DNA of 63,150 nucleotides, counting the filler, from Phoronis australis (Eukaryota > Animalia > Phoronida): the NCBI GenBank assembly GCA_002633005.1. It is 4 parts of 4 records of this genome, joined end to end, with 100 filler letters (N's around TTAATTAATTAA, not from the genome) between each part and the next. Parts side by side here need not be neighbours in the genome. Positions count along the whole stretch, not along the records: positions 24,573 to 53,260 come from NMRA01000509.1; 3 more parts are not named here. One strand, 5' to 3'. This document shows, one piece after another, positions 25,310-37,502 of this stretch (its first letter is position 1; each line of letters opens with the position of its first letter). The position numbers and the translations under genes were made by a program. A model generated the notes under the pieces. The model ran no database searches. It was given only the letters and a program-made list of their open reading frames with translations, and was not told where the DNA came from.

Positions 25310-25325
25310 AAGGTCTGGAATTTAC

Positions 25326-25380
25326 CTCGCTGGTTCCCTGCGTGCTTAGCCCACCTAGCGGCACGCAGGGAATCAGCGAG
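25326..25380. mobile_element. 55-bp hairpin micro-element with 10-bp TSD
   Basis: 20-bp inverted arms with 1 mismatch and a 15-nt spacer, flanked by TGGAATTTAC at 25316-25325 and 25381-25390. Confidence 0.8.
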
Positions 25381-26439
25381 TGGAATTTACTTGCGAAACA
25401 CGCAACTTTTACTCACGTGATTACGTGATCTTGTGTGATCCCGCAAAATGTTCATATTTCTCAACGGAACTCTCCCGTTCTTCTATGATCACACTAGCTG
25501 TTAATGGTCGAATAAATCTAATAGGTATTAAATGTTCCAAGAATACGAAAAAGCCGGTGACCTAAAAGATAGCCATGGAGGTTCATTGGCAGATTTAGGA
25601 GGGGCGAAGGGGGCCATGGCCCGCTCCCTAAGATTCTCCCAAATTCTATTTGGCAGATCGGATGTACAAATGTCTGGCTAATACTCTACACCACACCCCC
25701 ACTCACAACCCTGGATCCGTCCATGAGGTGACCATTGAACGTCATTCAACCCTACCACAAGTCCTGAACATTCTGTTACAAAGGTAGGTTTCACTTCGGT
25801 GCCCTGGCTGCAGAGGTGACCAACTAGTGTGGTACTGAGATGAAAAGGTGCAGAATACATACAGCTTATCTGTACTTACGTTCCCTTTCTGCTTTACACG
25901 TTATCTGAGACCGTCTCCACTTCTCGAATTCAACGTACGCAAGTTGTCCAAGAAAAGGAATATGCCTTTTGCACAAGATCAAGAATCCTTTAACGTGCGC
26001 TTGCCTGAAATATAGAAAGGGTTTTAATTCAGTAAGTACTAAGTTTTGTAGGACGATATCGACAAGTATTCGTATTTAGCATAACATCTACAGAACTCAG
26101 TATCTATTATATTAAATGCATCGTTCACACAAACTCCGTCTCCTCCGCTCCTCTAGGGACTTTCGTTGTGCCCATTTCGGCACTGCCTAGCTGGGTCCCA
26201 GGTAGTTCACCGGCCCTCTCTTTAGATTCGAGGTGTTCTATTTTCTTTCTCGCGGGCCGTTTTTTCGCGGATGCGGAGGGAGGGTGGCCAGTTTCGTACT
26301 GTCTTTGGTGACGTCAGTTCGTCGGCTCAACGGCCTGGGTGACGTTAGTGCGTCGGCTTAATTGCAGTCCCTCTGGATTCCGTCGCGTATATACATGTAC
26401 TTCTTCGGGCCTGTCACCGTCAAAATTAATGATGTCATT

Positions 26440-27000
26440 ACTAAACTTTTCCTTGAGTAAACTTAATTATTTGCCGATGTGGGGCAAAATGGCGTTCTAC
26501 CGTTGTTATTTTGCTATTAAAATTGTGGTGGGCTCTTTTGGGTCGGCTTTTGGCGCCATTGCCTCACCTATTGGCCAATATCTCCAATTCTTCAATCAAC
26601 TGTTCTTCTCTTCCACGAGGTTGCGTACATGTCATAATAATCGGAAGTGGATGCACTTTGTTACAAGTTTTTAGTATTTGAATACCAGCAAACCCAAGTT
26701 GCTGCGAAGCTGTCATCATCTCCCGAGATATCGCAAAATTTCAGTTGGAAATGACGCGTACGCGTGTCCAATACCCATTGTTTCCAAACGACGACAAACT
26801 TTTTTGTTACGAAAGGCGGAGAATTTCGCAAAAATGGCGTTTACTAAATTGATTGATTTCTTCCCACACAATACCATGGCCTCATAAATCCCTATATCTC
26901 GTAATTCCTGGGCCAAAACGGTTTTGTAGGCGTCAGGGTTCTCACTGTTGACGACAGCGTGATTGAACGCGGTCAATTCCATTCCTGTTTTCATCGGTAT
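26440..27000 (-). pseudogene. Decayed gene copy C, N-terminal part (homologous to 10750-11250 and 15550-16050)
   Basis: ORF 26716-26994 and its frameshifted continuation share recognisable nucleotide and peptide similarity with copies A and B, e.g. TTCTTCAATCAA..GTT and GAGGTTGCGTA. Confidence 0.5.
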
Positions 27001-27899
27001 ACTTGTCTCCGAAATTTCGCTCTAGAAATTGATTACACAATAATCAAAGCATACGATATCCCACCATGCAAAACCAAGTAAGGCGGGGTATTTTTTCATT
27101 GGCCAGTCCTTTACAAAAAACTGCAACTGATCAATCACAAAAGGGAAATTTCGTATGTAAATTGCATTCTACACTGGTACTCAGGATACGTCTTATTGGC
27201 CGAATCGTGCGTTCTCGACTATTTCCGTCACTTTCCTGTACTTCTTGCCTCAATATTTACCACCGATCTGACGCTTCGAAATGCTGACGATTTTAAAGAT
27301 AATTTTAACTTTCATGTCATTTTCTGAAAAGAAATAACTGCTTAAAATCCGTATCACTTGAAAATCCGTACGAAGTGATGTTTAGGCCCTAAAAGTACAC
27401 TGTACGTACAATACGGATAAATCTGTTAACAGTTGGCAACACTGTGCTCAGCCAAGCTCATGAATAGCGACCAGCTCACTTCAATTCGTGACGGCGCCAC
27501 CAAGTCTTTGTGCCGAGGAATTCGACAGATACTATGGGTAAACAGTACACGCTTTCTCTTCCATTTGCGTACAAATCTCGTTAGCGTACGATTTACCTAG
27601 TGTTCCATTTAAATGTCCCAGTCGACGAGATTCCTAGAGAGTTTCCGAAGCCAAAAACAGTACACAAATGTCGAGTTTGTATGCGTGCATACTTTGTAAC
27701 TGGCTCATGATTTAAAAAGGTGCCATCAAGTCGGAATAGTTGTCAAGAATACTGAACTGCTGGTAGTGATTAAAGCATACATAAATATTTTGCTTCATTA
27801 GATGCTCTACCTGTAATTACCAAAGGTAACCTTGATAAGCTACATGTAGGCTAAACTGCGCGTCAATTTTTACCTGTAGACAATGTCTGTAAATTGTTG

Positions 27900-30800
27900 G
27901 ATACCTTTGTTTAGTTTTTACATGCGTCCGTGTACTGCCATAGCTTTTTCGCTGTTTATTCAGAAAGGAACTCAGAATTTAAGGTTCATGGATATAGTAA
28001 TAAACCACTCGTTCACAAATAGCGACACGAGTCGTCTGGGCAGCATGGAACGTGATTTACTTCACGTCCTTCTGGGCATCATCATCTCTTAATGGAAGTG
28101 GTATTTTGTTTCAGCCAGACGACTGAAATATCGGCTATAAGACAATGTACAAAGTTAAACGATTTCAAAAGCAATCCTCCCCCGATGTCCACATTATCTG
28201 CAATGTCCGAGAGCGTGGTCTGTATTCCTTTCGTTATACGGTCGGTGACATTAATTCCTGTTGTGTAAATTGATTTCATTGAAATTATTCCCGCAACCTC
28301 AACCTGCAGTAATCTTGTCTGCATGTTTCCCTCCCATTCTTTATCTCTGCCAGTCCCTCCCCCGCCACTCTATCGTTCTCACACTTTCTCTCCCCCTCTC
28401 TCTCTCTCCTACAGTATGTTCACGGAAAGAAGACACTTACTTTTCTCCGGTCTTTGCAATGCGCATAGCCTCTAACTTAACCATTAGTCGCATACCAACA
28501 TACGGAACGTAGTACGTCAAGGTGGACACAGGATCTTTTTTGTTCATGAACTTTTCTTCCTGCATTCCAAGTGATGTGTCTATAGAGATTATCTTCGGAA
28601 GTTTCTGAGAGCTTGTATCTGCATAGTCATTGTAGGTGTCCAATTCTTTCTTAAGGCTGGTCAAAAAGTTTTGCAGGTCATTGGCGTAGGCTTCATTCAT
28701 CTTTTGGTTAATAAGCTCTTTAACCTAAGAAGATGTCTCCAACTTTAAAATACAACGCACGTGCACAGGCCATTGCACAACGTTTGTAGGCATCACATGA
28801 TGCCTACAAACGTTATTATTTTCTGCGGGGTCTGGAGAGGTATGACTGCAACAATATGTTGCAAACGAGATATATTTTCAAACGAGTTTATGCAGATGCC
28901 ACACCACAGAATAACATGAGTAATACACGGAAGTGACGTCACACTTAAGCGGGATAATCATGCAATCTTTAAAAATAAATCAATTTTCTAAAAACATACA
29001 CGCTCTCCTTGAGCGCAGGATATTCACGTGTAAGCGTGTTTTTGTGTAGTTAAGCATATGGGTGATAGAGGGCAGGCATATTAGTGCAAACAGGGAACAC
29101 AGGCTTTGTACTTGCTGCGAAATGAACACTTTTGAAACCAAAGAGCATTTTCCAATGAGTTTTGCTCCTGTATGAAGCTCTGAGAAAGCCGCATTAGTCG
29201 TTTGTATTCAACAACTTGCAAGCTGCATGTTTTACTAAGGCTTTCCAATTCAGGAAAAATGTTGAAGCTCGTGACGTTCGGTAGCTTTTGCGAATGACTG
29301 TGAAGAGACGAGAATACCTTGTCCAATATCTATAGAACTTGTAATAATATGTAAAATTTCGAAAGAGCAGATACCAATTAACACGGGAGAACAGGTAGAC
29401 TGTACAATGCAAAATACGATCGTGTCTATCCTTAAATTCATACTAATGACGGCGCCTGTCATTTCATTGGTTATTAAACAACGTGGTCCCTCCAACTGTT
29501 TCACAGAAACATCCGGCCCCCATCGAAGAAGAATGCCGTGTACCTTGGAGCGCACTTGATCCCAGACGTTCGGTTCGCCGCTCGGCCATAGCAAAGCAAC
29601 AACAGGTTTCAACAAGATAAATGCTGGGTTAATTGTAATTGCCAAAAGATGAATCGACACGTCTAGCAAGAATCTGCCAATCAGTAAAGCATCTGCAATG
29701 ACATTATATTCAGTGGTTAACAGATTTTCACTAACGCTATTAGTATCAAGATTACATGCGTGTCAATACAGGTAATGTAAATGAGCAAANCTCCAAATTG
29801 GAACGCTAAGTCCCGCGTGGTTGCGCTGCACGCGAAACACGACCTTTGGAGCCTGACGACAATAGGTAACCGGACTATACGTCAAGGTGGACACTGGATC
29901 ATTTTTGTTCATGAACTTTTCTTCCTGCATTCCAAGTGATGTGTCTATAGAGATTATCTTCGGAAGTTTCTGAGAGCTTGTATCTGCATAGTCATTGTAG
30001 GTGTCCAATTCTTTCTTAAGGCTGGTCAAAAAGTTCTGCAGGTCATTGGCGTAGGCTTCATTCATCTTTTGGTTAATAAGCTCTTTAACCTAAGAAGATG
30101 TCTCCAACTTTAAAGTACAACGCACGTGCACAGGCCATTGTGATGCCTACAAACATTATTATTTTCTGCGGGGTCTGGAGAGGTATGACTGCAACAATAT
30201 GTTGGAAACGAGATATATTTTCAAACGAGTTTAAGCAGATGCCACAGCACAGAACAACAAGAGTAATACACGGAAGTGACGTCACACTTAAGCGGGATAA
30301 TCATGCAATGTTTAAAAATAATTTAATTTTCTAAAAACGTGCACGCTCTCCTGGAGCGCAGGATATTCACGTGTAAGCGTGTTTTTGACTTGTGTAGTTA
30401 AGCATATGGGTGATAGAGGGCAGGCACAATAGTGCAAACAGGGAACACAGGCTTTGTACTTGTCGCGAAATGAACACTTTTGAAACCAAAGAGCATTTTC
30501 CAATGGGTTTTGCTTCTGTATGAAGATCTGAGAAAGCCGCAGTAGTCGTTTGTATTCAACAACTTGCAAGCTGGATGTTTTACTAAGGCTTTGCAATTCA
30601 GGAAAATGTTGAAACTCGTAACGTTCGCTAGCTTTTGCGAATGACTGTGAAGAGACGAGAATACCTTGTACAATATCTATAGAACTTGTAATAATATGTA
30701 AAATTTCGAAAGAGCAGATACCAATTAACACGGGAGAACAGGTGGACTGTACAATGCAAAATACGATCGTGTCTATCCTTAAATTCATACTAGTGACGGC

Positions 30801-33800
30801 GCCTGTCATTTCATTGGTTACTTAAAAAGCGTCCTTCCAACTGTTTCGAAGAAACACGCGGCCCCCATCGAAGAAGAATGCCATGTACCTTGGAGCGCAC
30901 TTGATCCCAGACGTTCGGTTCGCCGCTCGGCCATAGCAAAGCAACAACAGGTTTCAACAAGATAAATGCTGGGTTAATTGTAATTGCCAAAAGATGAATC
31001 GACACGTCTAGCAAGAATCTGCCAATCAGTAAAGCATCTGCAATGACATTATATTCAGTGGTTAACAGATTTTCACTAACGCTATTAGTATCAAGATTAC
31101 ATGCGTGTCAATACAGGTAATGTAAATGAGCAAAAGTTTACGTTTATAACTGAGAAATCATGAAATTAAACACCAAATTCTGGGTACTGAACAATTACGT
31201 GCAAATTAAAGTCCCTACCCCTATGGATATGCTACACTAGGAAGGCTCATTGAAAAGTAGCAGCTGGAGAAAAAAATTACCGTAAAAATCTGCGTGATAA
31301 CACTGACTTCGATGCTTCACAAACAATCAGCGTAAGTAGGTGATAAAAATATTTTTTTGCCGCCCTGTGCAGATTAAATGTTTGCATATATAACGTGGAA
31401 AGTCACAATTCTACGATTCAAACCCTGTTGCGTTGTTTGATCAAAACTTTGTCATGATCGTCGTCTCGTTTTCTTTTCAATTTGTAAATTGATCGTCAGT
31501 TTGATTTGCATCAGTATGCGTTTAAATAAACAAGAAATAAGAAAAAAAACTACGGGTCCTCACTGCATGGTACATTAGGACACCGGGTCATTCAGTGGTA
31601 TCTTGTAGCTAAATAGCGATTTTCTACATCAAAAGGGAAAACTGGTGTCGCCGGTCGCCCTTAAACTCCTAGTGTGTTGTACAGAGCGATTACTGCATTA
31701 AAAGAGACCGTGAAATAAGTTGAAATGTTAATGACAGAAACTATTAATTTTATAACGCTATTGAATTCTAAAATTGAATTCCAGAGAAAAATTAGTCAAG
31801 AATCTTTCTACTACAAAAATTGTCCAAAACGATGCGATGGGTTACTATTTGGCATCAGTTTTGAATCGATGCATGTTCACGCGAATGTATTCTTCCAGCG
31901 TACGTGGTAGATAATTGGAGTTGGCGTCGTGACATCGGACAAAACACTCAGCCTGGCGGTTAACAAAAGAAAGATTGATTTCAGGCCTCTGAAAATTAGT
32001 ATCGTCTGGAATACGATCTAAAAGGTCAGTTGCAATGAGAAAATAAAAAACGAAAAAGATGAAAAATTTTATATGGAGCGTACACGAAATGCACGTGAAC
32101 CGATAACAATAAAGGACTTTTTGGTCGATATTTTGTTAATCATTACCCCTTTTTCTCACGCTTCTCTGTTCCTTTGCAGTTCCTGTAAATAAAATCATCT
32201 ATATTAATATTACTATAGCGATAATACAAAGAAACATAGAGCCAGAGGGAGAATAACGGGCTCGGGGAAAATACATGTAAAAACGAACTTTCACTCTTTT
32301 CAGCATTTTTTTCACTCATCTTGACTTAATTTGCATAGCTATTAATGTGAATACTATCGCAAGTACATGTAGGCTTCAACTTCAGCTGGACGACAATGAG
32401 CTGTGGATCTCAGAACACGTAAGGTACAGTACGTAGCTTTGCAAAATGATATGTTAACGTTCAAACATAGCAACCACATACCACATAAGACGCAGCACTA
32501 AACACAATACGTCAGTAGGCCTACATACTAACGTCAAAACGCGTCAGTTTTTTCATGTACAGAACTAATTTGCTTAAAAGGCGCAAGAACTTTTGACTGC
32601 ATACACATACATTTTTTTGTTTCAATAACTGACCTTCCAAGGTAGCCAACGCAGTTTTCATTGTGGATCATTCTTTTTCACAATCTGACAATTTGACCAG
32701 TGTGAACGGATTGGACTGCGATCGAGCCCAAACTTCGAGGCATCGTCTAGCATCTAACACAAACCCTTTCCAACGTCTCGCGCTCTTGTCAAAGTTTTCT
32801 GCCAGCTTGTTTTTCACGCAATCGTCCATTGACGCGTAAGGAAACGGGTTATATCCATGTTGAGCTAGACCACCAACAGGCATACACTTGCCACCAAGTT
32901 TCTCGTAACCAACCAAACATTCTCGTGCTTTAAGAAAAATGCAGTTTCATAATATCAGAAGGTAAGCTATCAGATGAACCCCAGTGGACTGTACAAGCTC
33001 TGACATGTAGACTAAACTGCGGCTACGCGCCTAGTACATGTAGGTATTTTGCCACGGTGCCACAATAGGCACAAGTTGCTTACACAGATCTACGGGGTTG
33101 TTCAATTTGTCGGGTTCGCAGAGTGCTTTACCCCGGGCACCAGATTGTTTTGGTCAGTAATCGCTGTCAATTCACTCATACTCAAAGTTGGCGATTTTTC
33201 TGACTTGTTTCGTTCCTTGAGCAAAGTAATTAATAGCCGAGTCTTCATATTTGGTAAATTGTACCGTAGTTTTAACCTACAATCAGTTGCCCATGCTGTG
33301 GTTAGTGTGGAAATATGCCGCTTCTCACAAAGATAATTTCAATATACTAGTGGACGCTGATTGGTCAAGTAGATGAAGTTGTTCAGACGGGTGTACATGA
33401 AACAGGATGCACAAAATGTTGCGTAATTAATTAATGACTGTTTGGCATTAAGCGAAATAAAGATATGCTGTTCAAAAGTACATATATTATTATTTCTTTA
33501 TATGTTCTGTGTATCCTTCAATAAATATATATCACCTGAAAAAAGTACATATATTTAGCATGTGAAAAAGGCATTTGGCCTATTTTTTCGGAATTAAGTC
33601 GTGATAAAAATTACGCGTGGTAGTGTGTGAAACATGGTTTCAATGGTGACCTCGATCTTGAAACTCTAATGTTTTATTTTCCATTAATTTGGATTCTATT
33701 TGGATCTTTTTAAGTGAGAAGGCCCTGGTATGAAAAGGATTTATTATTACACATGTGCAGGTCACCACGAGTCTACAATGATTTTCCGGCGTTCTCGAAT

Positions 33801-34774
33801 CGAAAGCAGTCGATCTTCAACTTGACGTTGTTTAGGGACATTATACTGTAAGAAATATTAACAAAATTTGTTCAACAGTTAACACTGACGATAACTGTAA
33901 ATTTTTGTTATTTAGACCAAAAATTAAACCTCAAGCCGCAGCAGATCGGCTTTCGGTATAAGCTAGTCCGCTTTTGGTCAAGGTTAACATTTCATGCAGC
34001 GTCCCTGCGTCTATACCTCTGGGGTATGAACATCGCAGAAAGATCGACGCTGCTGTTCGTTTTCACTATGAGCACTGGATGAGCTCAGTCTTGTGTCTTC
34101 ATTCCACTGGTTGCATATATTTTCAAAGTCACAAAACTCAGGATATCAGCAACGAGATCAATCGTAACAAAAGATCAGGTTGATAACATTTTGCGATTTG
34201 CTGCAGAAAATCTGCAGACCACGTTATAAATGTCTACGTACACTTACACGTTGTAAGCCAAAAACATTGTATACTGACCGCACGACTTCAGCTACTCTTT
34301 CTTTAGTTCATGTCTCCTGCTTAGCGCTTCCAACATTTTGCATAAAACTACGAAAATTCAATTTTAGAAACTTTGTGTTATAGATGCAGTCTCATTAAAT
34401 TCTGAATAAGCAAATGAAATACTAATTTACAAACAGCCCCCGGTTCTCCAGTGTGCCGGAAACCATCAGAAAACCAGTTACCGAATAAAGATTGCGTAAT
34501 ATTTGGAATTAATAGCCTGGTTTTTAATATGTTCACACTTGTTTTTAAGTGTACCGGTTGTGGTGTTTTCTTTAAAACCGCAATTTATTTACAAATTGTT
34601 TGTTGTTTCACTCATCAGTTACTGAAGATTCGTGTAGTTCAATAGAAATTGACGTTTTGACTGAAATGATGAGTTCATCATCGCAGTTTTAAACTTACCA
34701 TCAGCAGCGTCACATCGGCTGAATAAAACCACTGCAGCTGCGCAGACAACCCAGAAAACAGCAATCTGTTGCAT
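27900..34774 (-). pseudogene. Disrupted multi-exon gene for a secreted Cys-rich protein (signal peptide, PAN/apple-like and WSC-like motifs)
   Basis: Exon 34774-34699 encodes signal peptide MQQIAVFWVVCAAAVVLFSRCDAAD with a phase-1 donor. Exon 32927-32634 has a phase-1 acceptor. Exon 32182-32147 follows, then an exon from 31037 (GCFTD..VETC..ALQ..G.GCF), then 28724-28441. Contains stops and frameshifts; 3' exons are uncertain. Confidence 0.55.
28513..31134. repeat. About 1.27-kb near-identical tandem duplicate (28513-29789 and 29878-31134) around a single N
   Basis: Direct alignment. The junction coincides with the N at 29790. Confidence 0.9.
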
Positions 34775-34823
34775 CGTCTCCGAACCAAAAATTTTAATGT
34801 TTGTGTACAGTGTAACACTGTCC

Positions 34824-34831
34824 TTTATATA
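34824..34831 (-). promoter_or_regulatory. Candidate TATA box
   Basis: TATATAAA on the - strand about 50 bp upstream of the signal-peptide ATG at 34774. Confidence 0.45.
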
Positions 34832-36189
34832 ATCTAAGGTCAAGGTTAGCGTGTTCTGTGATTGATGTTGGGGATGCGTGTACCTATCCGGGACCGGTAG
34901 CAATTAAGTGGACCATAATACTTCGGTTGAAACATATTGATGTGTTTCTTTTTTAATGATAATTCAGTGTGGTTACAGTTACGATTTAATAAGGTTTATG
35001 GGTTTTTCTGCCCGCATTTTTTTCTGTGAAATCATTTTCTGATGTCAGTTGATGAAACCGTAGCAAGTAGATGTAATTGCATTCGTAAACGAGTGGTAAA
35101 TCAGAATACAATGTGTTTTAGAATTCCAGTTCAGTTTTGACAAGATCGAACAAGTTGTTCCATGTGGCATTATGTCCCTAATTCTTGTGAAAAAAAACAC
35201 TATTTGACTTGGGCAACTTGCGTAGGTGTCAAATTAAATCTTTGCTAAATAGTGCGTTTCCATAGCTTGCTCGTTTTTTTCAGGCGCTTAAAATTTTAGG
35301 TCACGTTACTACATAAGATTAAGCGCCCTAAATCAAAGATTTTCTTTTTGACAGAAAGCAGATTAAAGTGCGGTCTTAATGGCGCTTCCAGATATTCTGT
35401 GCATGTGCTTCAACTGATGGGATCATGCATTTGAAGTCCCCAGAATTTGAAACTCGCTGAACGTTTCATGAGCCCAAATTCCCTCTGTGTCGTTGAATAG
35501 CACTTAATAGTTCTTGAGCGTGGACTGTTTATTGCAAACCAATCATGTAAATGTGTTATTAATTTCTGCAAAACGTGTAACTGATGTTCGTTGTAGTGTT
35601 GTTTCTTAATTTTTGTGTATAGGTGATCAGCGCACGTACATCGATATGTAGACCATTTATATACACTGACGGTAAGTCCTGGAAAAAAGAGGAAATATAA
35701 GCCCAAAAACACGTTGCCATGGTTTAAGAATTTCGCCAAATGAACAAAATTGGGTAACACTAGGCTTTATTGGAAAATATTTCTGGCTGATATCTACAAA
35801 ACACATTTGTGTTTCAAATAACAGTACAATCATTGTCACTCGCATACATGTGTTTCCAACTACAGTCATTCCATGTACATGTACACATCAGTACCATGTT
35901 TGTGGGTGGACATTCACCTCTGAAATCGATGGTGAGCATACGTGACAGTAGGGTTGAGATAAGAATCCATAGAGGCTCATTTTACCTCAGAACCGCTTCT
36001 TTTGCTAGTTGCCAGAGAAAGATTTCTCACTCAAAACGAAAAATGTGACTTAGATATTGGAGATATCATCATTTTATAGGAAATCAAATGAGTGACATCG
36101 AAAATGACATCCGAGTCCCGGATTTAACTTAAGTTTTCTTACTTGCAATGTTTAGTTTCCTTTTTACACTTTGAATTATGATTGAGAAA

Positions 36190-36560
36190 TGTCTCTCTGA
36201 CTTACTGCTGGACAATCAAGATGCTGAATGCCTTGTGGTTGTATAGTGTTATGTGTCCCTTGCGCGGTGCAGCATTGCATTGTCGTCTTGCAGTATACCA
36301 TTTTGTCCAACTGCCCGAATGTCAGATATGGCTACCAGAACTCGAGTTCGGCAGCTCTAGGCGTTTAGATTTTCTCGTAGACGGACAAGTGGAGTTCTTC
36401 CGTTGAAGGAGATTCCGCCCCTCACCACAACACTACCTCCAACGTACGGAGTCACGAGCATAATGCAACAGTTTGAAAATATTTCGCCTCACAGTCTCCA
36501 CACAGTCTGCCGCCTGTCCATGGACCATAAGCAAAAACGAGATTCATCAGAGAACACCTT
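36190..36560 (-). mobile_element. Tc1/mariner transposase fragment
   Basis: VFSDESRFCL..DRRQTVWRL*GE..GGSVVVRGGISFNGRTPL..NLNA*..LQDDNAMLHRAR, matching the first two catalytic Asp motifs of Tc1. In-frame stops. Confidence 0.85.
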
Positions 36561-36569
36561 GGTTCCTGA

Positions 36570-37382
36570 AGTATTATCCAAGAAAAAAGGCAAAAAAAAA
36601 CAGAGAACGTGTCAAACAGGAAAAACTGCAACTACCAAAGACTGGAACTCACGACCTGGCGGATAGAGCGCGCGTTCCTTGCCAGTACACCACCACGATT
36701 TAACTACTAATATCTTACTTAGAGACCTACTTGTTTATGGTCCACAGCGTTTGCGCGAGAAACGTACTTCTTTTCGTAATGCTTATTACACGTTTTATAT
36801 TTTGTGCCATCAATTCTTAACAAATTTGTCGTATTTAAAATAGTCTTCAAATGCCCAAAAGACCAAATCCATTTTTCGTGTTGGCAATAATAACGGGATT
36901 GCTTTGGAAATCGTCTTATGATAAGGTTTGACAAAGAGAGTATTGCGAGTTTCTGAGTGATTCACTAAGGCTTCGATTAAAATTCACATCTTACCAGCAG
37001 CTTCTGTTTTTTCATCGTCACCCCTGTTCCATTTTCTTTAAAAATGAAGTAAATTTTCTTCATTGCACAGTGGAGCAGACGACGGAAACGGAGTAGTGGT
37101 GTGCAGCGCTTCTGCCGGTCACCTGGGATATCGCGGGAGAGCCTATACTGAGCCATAGTTCCGTTACGAATGCGCCGTGTTCCGAATTTGGCACTTGAAA
37201 TTGGATTTGAGCCCAAACCCCCCACACACTAAAATGCACACATTTAAATCTTTTTTCATCCGTATAATTCAATTACCGGGGTTAATTAATAAACTCAACA
37301 TTTCCTTACGCTCTTACTGTTTTATTTTTTTTGCGGCAGCCAAGGGGGGGGGGCCTGCCCCCCCCCCCTAAATCCACCTATG
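36570..37382. mobile_element. Second, left-truncated copy of the 19222-20147 element
   Basis: About 760 bp of collinear similarity. Ends in G/C runs plus CTAAATCCACCTATG. Confidence 0.8.
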
Positions 37383-37428
37383 TATAAAGTTTACTTAATT
37401 GTCTAAAATTACTCATAATTGCTCAGCT

Positions 37429-37430
<2 letters not shown>

Positions 37431-37492
<62 letters not shown>

Positions 37493-37502
37493 ATGCGTGC
37501 GT
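37431..37502. repeat. (GT)n microsatellite
   Basis: Direct reading. Confidence 0.95.

Noticed and set aside
27530-27730. Another THAP relic (RVCMRAYFVTG)
   Set aside because: Too degenerate; the other THAP motifs were not found in frame.
32668-32670. In-frame TGA at a Cys-like position as selenocysteine
   Set aside because: A 1-bp deletion explains it better, since it restores the C-x3-C-x5-C motif and the downstream splice phase. No SECIS was identified.
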